DNA of 64,000 nt from an uncultured cyanobacterium (GCA_963803805.1 CAWDOD010000003.1:1-64000), one strand, 5' to 3'; counted from the first letter of the stretch, positions 9,988-19,999 are shown. The notes: generated from the sequence alone by a model not told the origin. Translations and numbers: made by a program.

Positions 9988-11121
9988 ATGGAAAAGCTAC
10001 AGAAAATGATCAGCCTACGGCATCTGGAGGTAAATGGCAAGCGGATGATCGGCCTCAAATTTTATCCTGATAAGGTGATACAGGCCTTGGTAAAAACGCT
10101 ACCCACACCCAAATGGCATAAGCAATATCAGATGGCCTACATTAGCAATAACAAGTTGAATTACGCACAATTGTTGAATACATTTAAAGGAGTGGCCTGG
10201 CTAGATATGCGCTACTTCAGCAAGAAAGGCTGGATGGGTTGTGATGACCCTAGTCTGGTGATTGAGGCATTCAAAAAACGAGAAGTAACGGCTGGCTATA
10301 TAAGATGCCCGGAAAGCTTTCTGGATGAGTTAGAACAACGGAAATATGCAGTTAATACGGTGAGGGTCTATGTAAATTGCTTTGAGAAATTTATCAATTT
10401 TTACCCAAAGACACCTACTGAACACTTAGCCGAAGCTGAAATAAAGGTATTTATACAGAATTTAATAAAAAACAAAGCAAGTGAATCCTACATCAACCAA
10501 CACATAAATGCGATAAAATTCTATTTTGAAATTGTACATAAAATGCCCAATAGGTTCTACGACTTTCCAAGACCACTTAAAGCTGAAAAACTACCGGAAG
10601 TTCTGAGCAAAAAAGAAGTATTGAAGATGATTGACATCACTTTCAACCTAAAACACCAGTGCATTATTAGCACGTTATATTCAGCCGGCCTGAGAAGGAG
10701 CGAGCTTATTGCGCTCAAGATTACAGATATAGATAGCCAGCGAATGATTATTAAGGTAAGAGGTGCAAAGGGAAATAAAGACCGACTCAGTTTATTAAGT
10801 GAACGCTTACTTTTAAAGCTCAGGCTATATTTTAGGAATTACAAGCCCCGGGTTTACTTATTTGAAGGCTTTCCGGGAGAAGTTTACAGCGCTACCAGTG
10901 TGAGCAATATTGTTAAAAAAGCTGCAAAAAAAGCGTGTATCCCTAAAAATGTTACTCCGCATACATTGCGACATTCTTTTGCCACGCATTTACTGGAGAG
11001 TGGAACGGATTTACGCTATATACAAACCCTACTCGGCCACAATAGTAGTAAAACCACAGAAATTTATACCCATGTGGCCACAAATGTTTTCAAAGAAATA
11101 AATAATCCGTTAGATTGCTAA
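9988..11121 (+). CDS. Tyrosine recombinase with N-terminal SAM-like domain; candidate cassette integrase
   Basis: Full catalytic set: YSAGLRRSE (R), KGNKDR (K), HTLRHSFATH (HxxR), LLGH and TTEIYTHV (Y). It lies immediately upstream of the cassette array. Confidence 0.92.
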   Translation: MEKLQKMISLRHLEVNGKRMIGLKFYPDKVIQALVKTLPTPKWHKQYQMAYISNNKLNYAQLLNTFKGVAWLDMRYFSKKGWMGCDDPSLVIEAFKKREVTAGYIRCPESFLDELEQRKYAVNTVRVYVNCFEKFINFYPKTPTEHLAEAEIKVFIQNLIKNKASESYINQHINAIKFYFEIVHKMPNRFYDFPRPLKAEKLPEVLSKKEVLKMIDITFNLKHQCIISTLYSAGLRRSELIALKITDIDSQRMIIKVRGAKGNKDRLSLLSERLLLKLRLYFRNYKPRVYLFEGFPGEVYSATSVSNIVKKAAKKACIPKNVTPHTLRHSFATHLLESGTDLRYIQTLLGHNSSKTTEIYTHVATNVFKEINNPLDC

Positions 11122-11124
11122 AGA

Positions 11125-11174
11125 TACAGCGGAACTATCAACCACCAGTGGTTGATAGTCGGTTGTTGTACACC
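11125..11174 (+). other. Candidate primary (attI-like) recombination site
   Basis: Just after the recombinase stop: TACAGC-gga-ACTATCAACCAC-ca-GTGGTTGATAGT-cggtt-GTTGTACACC. This is a perfect 12-bp inverted repeat followed 5 nt later by the first GTT core (11165). Confidence 0.6.
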
Positions 11175-11192
11175 ATTTAAGAAAACGCAGAA

Positions 11193-11804
11193 TTGAATCA
11201 AGAAATAAAAATATCACGTTCGGACTTAATCGCAAAATGCGACCAATATCTGAATGGAGAAATTATAGAAAAGGATTTTGAAAATTATGCGTGGAATCTA
11301 ATAACCGAAGAACATATTGATTGGGACGATGATGTAATATCTGACATCATTTATCAATGGGACAGTCCAGAAATTAACTTTCCGATTACGAAACAAAACA
11401 TAATACTTTGGAAACATCAATTGGAAACTGATGAGGATTTATTGGCGGATTACAATATGTGGAACGCACATATCGACCGACAGAAAAAGATTTGTGAAAA
11501 GTTTGGTTCTAAATGGAATCCAATCAATAAAAAACTGAAAATCGGAGTGGGTTCTGATTTGAATGCCGACCCAATTCACGCATTGAGGCATCCAAAGGAA
11601 AAAGGAACTACAGGTTGGTACATTTGGACAGGAGAATATTCGGAATCTGATGATTTTTTCCAGCCAATGTGTGCTGAACATTTGCTTCAAATCCGACCTG
11701 AATTAATCAAATATTTCGGACTTGATGTTGGTTATCGATTTTTAATTGATAAAAACGAATACGAAGATGTTTGGTATGACGTAAATCTAAAAAATGTGGA
11801 ATAA
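11193..11804 (+). CDS. Cassette 1: Imm33-like immunity-domain protein
   Basis: C-terminal HALRHP..GTTGWYIWTGEYS..DFFQPMCAEHL resembles Imm33-type domains (recognised by eye). Confidence 0.55.
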   Translation: MNQEIKISRSDLIAKCDQYLNGEIIEKDFENYAWNLITEEHIDWDDDVISDIIYQWDSPEINFPITKQNIILWKHQLETDEDLLADYNMWNAHIDRQKKICEKFGSKWNPINKKLKIGVGSDLNADPIHALRHPKEKGTTGWYIWTGEYSESDDFFQPMCAEHLLQIRPELIKYFGLDVGYRFLIDKNEYEDVWYDVNLKNVE

Positions 11805-11808
11805 AAAC

Positions 11809-11871
11809 GGTGTACAACAAAGGGTATAGTGCATGCCCTGCGGGACACGCACCATACCCAAACCGTTAGCG
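11809..11871 (+). repeat. attC-like site 1
   Basis: GGTGTACAAC-aaa-GGGTATAGTGCATG...CACGCACCATACCC-aaacc-GTT. Confidence 0.85.
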
Positions 11872-12207
11872 GCAATACCTTAGTAATAAAGAAATTGGTT
11901 CATTGAAAATCTTGAATTGTAGGATTGACCTGATATTTGGTTTTGTCCTCTCAACCGAAGTACAGTTGGACTTCTCTTGGATTATAAACATGGTTCCATT
12001 TATAACAATTATGAATATGAAAAAAGTAGCAAGAACTCTGGAAATGGTTAAAACATTAATAGTTTTATGTGCAATTGGGGCAGGAACACTTCTGGGGAAG
12101 TCCAAGTACTTCGGTTGCAAGAGAATATTCCAAGCTCAACTTTCCTACAGAAATTCAAGAGTAAGTGTCGGGGGAGAAATCCCCCCTTCCCCACCAAATA
12201 TAATCTC

Positions 12208-13104
12208 ATGAAAAAATCTCCAATTGATGTCTTATTTTACGAGCTATTTGGTTTCTATCCTAATAAGGCTGGGAGTGCTTACGAAATTTTAACCGCTGCT
12301 GCTATAAGAATAATTACTGGTGAAGAAGTGGAATTAGACCAGCGAGTTATGGGCAACTATAGTGATACAATTTATCAAGTGGACGGGGTAACGAAGAGCC
12401 AGTCACACGAATCGATGATTGAGGCTAAAGACTATACAATTCAGAATAAGAAAGTCGGACGAGGAGACATTCAAAAATTGCAGGGAGCATTGAGCGATTT
12501 GCGTTTTAAAGAAGGATTATTTACTTCGGCTACTGACTTTACAAAACCAGCAAAGAAATATGCTGAATCTTCCTTTCTCAATCCTAGTCAAAAACCAGTA
12601 CAATTATATCAGATAAGACCCTCTACCGAGGAAGATGAAAAAGGGCGAATCAAAAAATTTGAGATCACAATGGTTATGGTTCTTCCAAATTTTGAAAAAG
12701 CTAAGTACAAATATGCTTGGACAGAAGAGGCAGTTGAAAAATTCAAAAAGAATGGATTAGCAAACAAACAAATTTCAATTAAGGTCGAGACTCTTTACGA
12801 GGATAATGGAAGTTTTGCCACTAGTATTCAAGATTTCACACATGATAACCAACCAATATTGATGGATATTGATGAAGAATTAGCTAAAGGTTGTTGGATC
12901 TTTCGAGGGCTTTGTATTAAGCATGAAAACGAATATTATGGACTAAAGGGAATTGATTACGAAATCCCTTATTATCGCTTTTCAAGTACGTTTACAATAG
13001 AATCAGAAGGGAAGCCTAAAATATACGTGGCATCTGAAAATGGAGATGTAAACAAACTTATTACGGATAAACAGCTAAGAGAAATGATACGAATCAAAAA
13101 ATAA
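12208..13104 (+). CDS. Cassette 2: Mrr-like PD-(D/E)xK restriction endonuclease domain protein
   Basis: YE...QVDG...IEAKDY motif. Likely ATG at 12208 (MKKSPIDV), after a ~340 bp leader. Confidence 0.7.
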   Translation: MKKSPIDVLFYELFGFYPNKAGSAYEILTAAAIRIITGEEVELDQRVMGNYSDTIYQVDGVTKSQSHESMIEAKDYTIQNKKVGRGDIQKLQGALSDLRFKEGLFTSATDFTKPAKKYAESSFLNPSQKPVQLYQIRPSTEEDEKGRIKKFEITMVMVLPNFEKAKYKYAWTEEAVEKFKKNGLANKQISIKVETLYEDNGSFATSIQDFTHDNQPILMDIDEELAKGCWIFRGLCIKHENEYYGLKGIDYEIPYYRFSSTFTIESEGKPKIYVASENGDVNKLITDKQLREMIRIKK

Positions 13105-13106
13105 AA

Positions 13107-13303
13107 GCCGCTAACATTCTGTATGAAATCATGGCTGGTCAGTGGTATACGGAACTTTAGCTCTTTGTAGAAAGCCCGTCAATCCGCAGGATTGACTTAG
13201 TGTATTGAGAAAAATTAGCAAGCCAATCCTGCGGATTGCCTAGTTAGTAACTTGAAACTTTTGTACTTTTAAATCAGCCACGCTTCATACAGTGGCGTTG
13301 GGC
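13107..13303 (+). repeat. attC-like site 2 (family B, ~195 bp)
   Basis: GCCGCTAAC-att-CTGTATGAAATCATGGCTG...CAGCCACGCTTCATACAG-tggc-GTT. Confidence 0.85.
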
Positions 13304-13337
13304 ACAATTTAAACGAACGACAGTAACAATATAAAAT

Positions 13338-15863
13338 ATGGTTGACTTTAAGAAAAGATTGAACAAATCTGCAATCGACAAGAAAACAGACCCGATTGAA
13401 ATATATGATTCTTTAGATAGGAGAAGTATTGCAGGTCCTTTAAGACCAGCACAGAATAAAATTCTTAAGGAATGGTATAATTCTCAGTCAACCAAAAAAG
13501 ACTTAATTATTAAACTTCATACGGGAGAGGGAAAAACATTAATTGGTTTATTAATTCTTCAATCCAAAATTAACGCAGACCAAGGCCCTTGTTTATATGT
13601 TTGCCCTAATAAATATCTTGTTCAGCAAGCTAAAAAAGATGCCAAAAAGTTTGGTATAAGTTATTGCTCTATTGAACCTGATGGTTCAGTTCCAAATGAA
13701 TTTATAGACGGTAAAAAAATATTGATAACACACGTTCAAAAAGTATTTAACGGTAAAACTGTATTTGGCATTGGGAATGATTACATACCAGTAGAAAATA
13801 TAGTTTTGGACGATTCACACGCTTGTATTGATTCTATAAGAGATTCTTTCACGATTAACCTTGACAAAGACCACCAGATTTATAAAAAATTGAGGGAATT
13901 ATTCAAAGATAGTTTGTCAGACCAAGGTCAGGGAACATTTTTGGAAATTGAGAATGGAGACTATAACTCGTTTTTGCCAATACCATATTGGAGTTGGATA
14001 GATAAGTCTGAAGAATTACTAAGTATTCTTTCAGAGTATCGAGAGGAAACAGAGTTAGCTTTTGCTTGGCCATTTATTAAAGACAACATTAAAAACTGTC
14101 AAGCATTCATATCAGGACAGAATATTGAAATCACACCAATTCACATACCTATTGAAAAGTTTACATTCTTTGATAATGCTAAACAAAGAATTTTGATGTC
14201 TGCTACAACGCAGGACGATTCCTTTTTTATAAAGGGTTTGGGTTTTAATATTGATGCTGTAAAATCACCTTTAACCAATCCCGAACAGATTTGGTCAGGA
14301 GAAAAAATGTTATTGATTCCCTCTTTAATAGATGAAAAACTTGACCGCATCACAATTGTTAATGCATTAGCCTCACCTTCTGCAAAGAACTATGGAGTAG
14401 TATCATTAGTTTCCTCGTTTTCAAAATCTGAAATTTACCATTCACTTGGTGCAATTGTTCCTAAATCAGAACAGATTGGTCAAGTAGTTGACCATTTAAA
14501 AAAAGGGAATTACAAAGAGACTGTTGTCTTTGCAAATAGGTATGACGGTATTGATTTGCCTGATGAAACTTGTCGTATTCTCGTACTTGATGGTAAACCA
14601 TTCTTTTATTCATTATCTGATAGATATGAAGAAGCCAATCGTGTAAATAGTGATTCAATTAATATCAAAATCGCGCAAAAAATAGAACAAGGTTTAGGTA
14701 GAAGTGTAAGAGGTGAGAAAGACTACTGCATTATCTTCTTGATTGGTGCAGACCTTGTAAAATTCATAAAAAGTAGCAGAACAAATAAATATTTCTCATC
14801 TCAGACAAAAAAACAACTTGAAATAGGACTTGAAATTGCTGAAATGGCAGTTGAAGAACTCTCCGACAAGAATCAACCAATGGATGCAATGAAGTCTTTA
14901 ATGAAACAACTTTTACAAAGAGACGAAGGTTGGAAAGAATTCTACAAAGAAGAAATGAATAAAATAGTATCAGAACAAAATAACAGTTCTATATATGAAA
15001 CATTGGTATTAGAGCGTAAAGCAGCAGTTTCAAACTATTCCGGAGACTATGAAAAAGCTTGTGATTCAATCCAAAAAATAGTCGACAATTACTGCAATAA
15101 TGAAAGTGAGCGAGGTTGGTACTTACAATTATTGGCTAGATACAAATATTTAGACTCAAAAGTAGAGGCTAATTCATTACAAAAATCTGCTTTTTTAAAA
15201 AACCACGAATTACTTAAACCAAGTGAAGGAATAAATTATAAAAAATTAGAATATATAAATGAAAATAGAGTTCAGAGAATTTTAAGCTACATAAAAAACT
15301 TCCAAAGCTATCAAGAGCTTATGATAAGCATTGAAGGTGTTTTAAGTGACCTAGAATTTGGAACTTCATCAGAAAAATTTGAATCTGCTTTGAAAGAACT
15401 TGGTTTAATGCTTGGCTTTTTAAGTGAACGCCCTGATAAGGAGTTTAAAAAAGGTCCTGACAATTTATGGTGCGGTGTCAGCAATCAATATTTCATTTTT
15501 GAATGCAAAAGTGAAGTAAACATTGAAAGACAAGAGATTAACAAAAATGAAGCAGGACAAATGAATACACATTGTGCTTGGTTTGAAAGTCAATATGGAG
15601 AATCTCAAGTCAAAAGAATTTTAATCATACCAACTAAAAATCTTTCTTATCACGGAGATTTTGGACGTGATGTTGAAATTATGCGAAGAGGGACACTCAA
15701 AAGTTTGCGTACCAATGTCAAATCATTTTTTAAGGAGTTTAGTAAATACGAAATTCAGTCTTTAACTGATGAAAAAATACAGGAATTTATAAACGCACAC
15801 AAACTAGACATTGAATCATTAAAAACCTTATACTCAGAAAAATACTATAAGAAAACAAATTAA
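13338..15863 (+). CDS. Cassette 3: SF2 (DinG/XPD-like) helicase with C-terminal PD-(D/E)xK nuclease-like domain (Hna-like architecture)
   Basis: HTGEGKT Walker A, LDDSH, SAT and QGLGRSVR motifs; C-terminal GPDNLW...FECKS. Confidence 0.75.
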   Translation: MVDFKKRLNKSAIDKKTDPIEIYDSLDRRSIAGPLRPAQNKILKEWYNSQSTKKDLIIKLHTGEGKTLIGLLILQSKINADQGPCLYVCPNKYLVQQAKKDAKKFGISYCSIEPDGSVPNEFIDGKKILITHVQKVFNGKTVFGIGNDYIPVENIVLDDSHACIDSIRDSFTINLDKDHQIYKKLRELFKDSLSDQGQGTFLEIENGDYNSFLPIPYWSWIDKSEELLSILSEYREETELAFAWPFIKDNIKNCQAFISGQNIEITPIHIPIEKFTFFDNAKQRILMSATTQDDSFFIKGLGFNIDAVKSPLTNPEQIWSGEKMLLIPSLIDEKLDRITIVNALASPSAKNYGVVSLVSSFSKSEIYHSLGAIVPKSEQIGQVVDHLKKGNYKETVVFANRYDGIDLPDETCRILVLDGKPFFYSLSDRYEEANRVNSDSINIKIAQKIEQGLGRSVRGEKDYCIIFLIGADLVKFIKSSRTNKYFSSQTKKQLEIGLEIAEMAVEELSDKNQPMDAMKSLMKQLLQRDEGWKEFYKEEMNKIVSEQNNSSIYETLVLERKAAVSNYSGDYEKACDSIQKIVDNYCNNESERGWYLQLLARYKYLDSKVEANSLQKSAFLKNHELLKPSEGINYKKLEYINENRVQRILSYIKNFQSYQELMISIEGVLSDLEFGTSSEKFESALKELGLMLGFLSERPDKEFKKGPDNLWCGVSNQYFIFECKSEVNIERQEINKNEAGQMNTHCAWFESQYGESQVKRILIIPTKNLSYHGDFGRDVEIMRRGTLKSLRTNVKSFFKEFSKYEIQSLTDEKIQEFINAHKLDIESLKTLYSEKYYKKTN

Positions 15864-15867
15864 AAAC

Positions 15868-16001
15868 TGTGCCCAACAATGTATATAAAAAATAGTCGAA
15901 ATAGTAGTAAAATCAAGGCTTTTGACTCGTATCAAAGTTCGTGCTTAACCGAAAGTTTTGTGCTTCGAAATCGCCTACTTTTCATATACTAACCGTTAAG
16001 C
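15868..16001 (+). repeat. attC-like site 3 (family A, ~130 bp)
   Basis: TGTGCCCAAC-aat-GTATATAAAAAATAG...CTACTTTTCATATAC-taacc-GTT. Confidence 0.85.
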
Positions 16002-16240
16002 GGCAATAAGTAAGTGCTTCTCATCGGTGGATGGTGGTAGCGAGATTTATGCTGCGCTTCGCAATACAATTAGTCGAAGAAATTTGCCCGTAGAAGCTCT
16101 GCTGCTCCACCGCCAGCTACTGCCTCGCGTCATAAAGTGAGGACTGACGTTCTAAGCCGCCATCGCTATATTTGTGTTGGCCGATAAAGTAGTCTTTCTT
16201 ATGGGCGACAGTGAATGATTAATTAAATTAAGAGGACAAC

Positions 16241-16375
16241 TGCCGCTAACAAAAGCTATACACCAGCAGGCGGGGGAAGTGGTCAGCCGCACCCGCAGTG
16301 CCTTCTGCTACTCTTGCTGTTGGCCGATAGTTGCGGGGTGATACGCCTGCCGGTGCATAGCTAAATACGTTGTGT
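16241..16375 (+). repeat. attC-like site 4
   Basis: TGCCGCTAAC-aaa-AGCTATACACCAGCAGGCG...CGCCTGCCGGTGCATAGCT-aaatac-GTT. Confidence 0.85.
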
Positions 16376-16397
16376 GTAATGTCGACTTAACGATAAG

Positions 16398-17198
16398 ATG
16401 AAGAATTTAGAAAAATATAAAGAAGATTTAGAGAATCTGATTTCGGAAGGCGACAGCTTACATATGTCTATGCAATTTGAGTGTTATCCAAAAGAATTTG
16501 AGGAACAATTAAAGCCGAGGTTAAAAGAAAAGTATGCTGATTATGTGAAAAAACTAAAGCCGTTTAAGCAAGACTATCAAACTTGGTATTCAGAATCTTT
16601 AGTTTTACTAAGGCAGTTATTGCCAGATAGAGTTGCTGACTTCACTAAACTCTATGAAAAACCACGGACGAGAAAAGTTATTGAATATGGCAATTATGTC
16701 ATTGAAGACTATCTTCAAAACCTGACCGTTACAAGAGGTTATGAAACTAAAGTTAAACCTGAAGCTGCAATAAGTCAATTTGAACAGCAAATTGCAATAG
16801 TTAAATCAATTAAGAAAAGATTTGAAAGCAGATTATTTGATATAAAGCAATTGACACAAGCTGACATATTTGATTCGGAATTGGATGCAGCAAGAGAGTT
16901 AAACAAAAAAGGATTTGTGAGAGGAGCTGGAGCAATTGCTGGTGTTGTATTGGAAAAGCACCTCGCTCAAGTGTGTGAAAATCATAAAATAAAAATAACT
17001 AAAAAAAATTCTTCAATCTCTGATTACAATGATAAACTCAAGACGTCAGAAATAATTGAAACAAAAGATTGGAGAAGGATTCAACATCTTGGAGATATTA
17101 GAAATCTTTGTGACCACAACAAGGAAAAAGAACCAAAGGAAGAAGATGCAGTGGATTTAATAGATGGAGTGGAAAAATTAATAAAAACGGTCTACTAA
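16398..17198 (+). CDS. Cassette 5a: protein with C-terminal HEPN-like domain
   Basis: AGAIAGVVLEKHL helix and RNLCDH (Rx4H) motif. Confidence 0.6.
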   Translation: MKNLEKYKEDLENLISEGDSLHMSMQFECYPKEFEEQLKPRLKEKYADYVKKLKPFKQDYQTWYSESLVLLRQLLPDRVADFTKLYEKPRTRKVIEYGNYVIEDYLQNLTVTRGYETKVKPEAAISQFEQQIAIVKSIKKRFESRLFDIKQLTQADIFDSELDAARELNKKGFVRGAGAIAGVVLEKHLAQVCENHKIKITKKNSSISDYNDKLKTSEIIETKDWRRIQHLGDIRNLCDHNKEKEPKEEDAVDLIDGVEKLIKTVY

Positions 17199-17221
17199 AA
17201 ACACTACGAACAACAATAAGT

Positions 17222-17788
17222 GTGATCTTAATGCAATTAGAAATATCAAAAATAATAGCAGATTTCATTGAGAATCGAATTTCAGCAAAGGAATTTGAAT
17301 CATGGGTTTATTCAAACCAACATCTTGAGGATGAATTGGGAATGGAACTCTATACAGAATTGATTTCAATTAATTTCAAGGATAGTTCTGCTAGAATAGC
17401 GGTTAAAAAACTTCTCGATTCTGAAATTGATTACAGAACGCTACATCGAACTCAATTAATACAGTTAATTGAAGAAATCGAGTTCAAAAAAAAAGATTTG
17501 TTAGATGGAATTAGGGAATTATACGAATGGGCGGACAAGGGATATGCATTTTTAGGAAGAATTAATTCAGTCGGAAATTTTGGCGAGCAAGGAAAGTCTG
17601 TAATTCTTATTGTAGACAAGGATTTGTCAAATGAGGAAAAATGGAATGTAATTTTGAGAGATGATCCTCATCTCCTTACAGATCTCAAGACTATTCGTAT
17701 GAAAATCGAACAGAATGAAATTCTAATAACAGGTGAAATAGAAACAGTTAAGTTTTTAGGAAGACAATACAAATATTTAGAAAAATAA
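17222..17788 (+). CDS. Cassette 5b: hypothetical protein
   Basis: 188-aa ORF ending directly before ACACACAAC. Confidence 0.6.
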   Translation: MILMQLEISKIIADFIENRISAKEFESWVYSNQHLEDELGMELYTELISINFKDSSARIAVKKLLDSEIDYRTLHRTQLIQLIEEIEFKKKDLLDGIRELYEWADKGYAFLGRINSVGNFGEQGKSVILIVDKDLSNEEKWNVILRDDPHLLTDLKTIRMKIEQNEILITGEIETVKFLGRQYKYLEK

Positions 17789-17789
17789 A

Positions 17790-17858
17790 ACACACAACAC
17801 TGTATATGAAATCATGGCACCCTGCGGGATGCCACGCTTCATATACTTAACGTTAGCA
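17790..17858 (+). repeat. attC-like site 5 (short)
   Basis: ACACACAAC-act-GTATATGAAATCATGGCA-ccctgcggga-TGCCACGCTTCATATAC-ttaac-GTT. Confidence 0.85.
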
Positions 17859-18853
17859 ACAACTCCCCTTCCATTCAAAAAACTCACTTAATAATCAATC
17901 AGTCTGCCCCTATTGTTGTACCTAAAACTTTGGCTACGCTCGGACTCGCCTTATCGATAATGTAAGTAGCGGACTGATAGGCATTCGGCAAACCTCTTTC
18001 CGCACGGCTACCTGCTTAGTTACTTATGCGGACTACTCAGCAGGCTGTGGAGAAAGCATGGTCTGGAACTGAATTCACAGCAACTTTCCCTCCCACCGGG
18101 ACGAGTAGGTATCTGCCAGCAGTGTAGCCTAGCGTGGGGACGATTTGAGATGCAGTTGCTAACACAATGTAAAAACCATGCGCTTACCCACCTTGTGGAC
18201 AGTTTATCAGTCAATCCCGCAATTTTGGCGAGCAGCGCAAAATAGTAAAAGGCCACCAGCCACCATAAATGGATAGGGGCAATTGACAGTAATCATAAAA
18301 TTGCTAACTTAACCTGCAAAATATACCGTGGCGCAAGGTTTTTACACGCGCCCGTTAGCAACAACTCCCTTTCCATTCAAAAACTCGCTGAATAATCCAT
18401 CAGTCTGCCACTAATACTGTATCTAAAACTTTTGCTACGTTCGGACGCGCCTTACCGACAATGTAACTAGCGGACTGATAGGCATTCGGCAAACCTCACT
18501 CCGAACGGCTACCCAATTAGTTATCTATGCGGACTGCTCAGCAGGCTGTGGAGAAAGCATAGTGGAACTGAATTCACAGCAACTTTCGCTCTCACCGGGA
18601 CGAGTAAGTATCTGCCAGCAGTGTAGCCTAGCGTGGGGACAATATGAGATGCAGTTGCTAACACAATGTAAAAACCATGCGCTTACCCACCTTGTGGACA
18701 ATTTATCAGTCAATCCCGCAATTTTGGCGAGCAGCGCAAAACAGTAAAAAGTCACCAGCAGCTATAAATGGACAGGGGCAATCGGCAGTAGCCATAAAAT
18801 TGCGAACTTAACCTGCAAAATATACCGTGGCGCACGGATTTTTACACGCGCCC
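17852..18853 (+). repeat. Cassettes 6 and 7: tandem diverged ~500-bp ORF-less cassettes with att sites 6 (18155-18360) and 7 (18654-18860)
   Basis: Two copies (17852-18353 and 18354-18853), each GTTAGCAAC...GTTGCTAAC followed by TGTAAAAACCATGCGC...GCGCA..TTTTTACA-cgcgccc-GTT. Confidence 0.85.
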
Positions 18854-18887
18854 GTTAGGTGTCATTAAATAAAACTGTACTGCATAA

Positions 18888-19998
18888 ATGAAACAATTAA
18901 CATACATAAAAGCTAAACAGTTAATTTGGGAAGAAAAGGCTGAACCTCAAATAATTTTGAGTGACGATGCTCTAGTAAGGCCATTTATTGTAGCTAGATG
19001 TGATTTAGATGCTGCATTTCTTTTTAGAAATGCTTATAAATATGTTTCAGTAGGTAGACTATTTGGACAATTAGATAAAAAAATAGGTGAAATTGTGCGT
19101 CCAGACTTGTTTGTAGAGGACCCTTCCCCTTTTGGTCACGAATGTGTAGCTGAAATCGTTGAATTAGGAAAAGACATAAAAAATTTTAGGATTGGTCAAA
19201 AAGTTATTATTCCATTTCAAATATCTTGTGGCGTCTGTCCAATTTGTTCATCTGGATTGACAAGTCAATGTGAAAAAACAGGCAGTTTTAATATGTTTAG
19301 CGGTATAGGAAAACACGTTTCTAACGGAGGAACGATGTCCGAGATCTGAAAAATTCCTTTCGCTAATAAAATGCTATTCCTATTCCGGAGGGCCTGAATA
19401 TCGAAGGGTTGGGTAGCGCAAGCGACAATTTGCCAGATGCTTGGTCGAGAGTAGCACCATTTTTATTAAATAAACCCAATCAGGAAGTTCTCATAATTGG
19501 AGGAACGGCCAAAAGTGTTGGACTTTATGCATCTGGATTTGCTGTCAAGATGCACGCCAAACAAGTTGACGATATTGACACTTCAAAGGAAAGAATCGAT
19601 ATCGCTAGGAAAATTGGAGCAAATGTCATCCATAAGAATTTCCAAAGAGCATTCTGAAAGTTATGACTTAATAGTTAATGCTTCAAGCTTAACCAAGGCA
19701 ATTGATTATGGAATGAATCACTTAAAACCAGGAGGAATTTTATCTTCGGCAATGATATACTTAAATAAAGAAAATCAACATACCTTATTTTCAAATGTAT
19801 GCCAAGAATCTCACCTTAAAAACGGGACTGGCAAATCCAATGTCAGATATACCACAGATGTTAAACTTCATAAATGAAAATAAGATTCAGCCTGAAATAG
19901 TTACAACACATCTTAGTAATTGGGAAAATGCAGCAACCGACTTACTCAAGCAGACAACGAAAGTAATCATTAAGAGAAATCCTATTAAGAATGAATAA
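18888..19998 (+). pseudogene. Cassette 8: Zn-dependent alcohol dehydrogenase-like gene, fragmented into four ORFs
   Basis: GHEC and CGVCPIC...C motifs in the first fragment; reading continues in shifted frames to 19998. Confidence 0.75.
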
Positions 19999-19999
19999 C

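Noticed and set aside
18020-18755. Short ORFs (61-78 aa) in the duplicated 500-bp units
   Set aside because: They run largely through att sites 6 and 7, have no recognisable motifs, and their frames differ between the copies.
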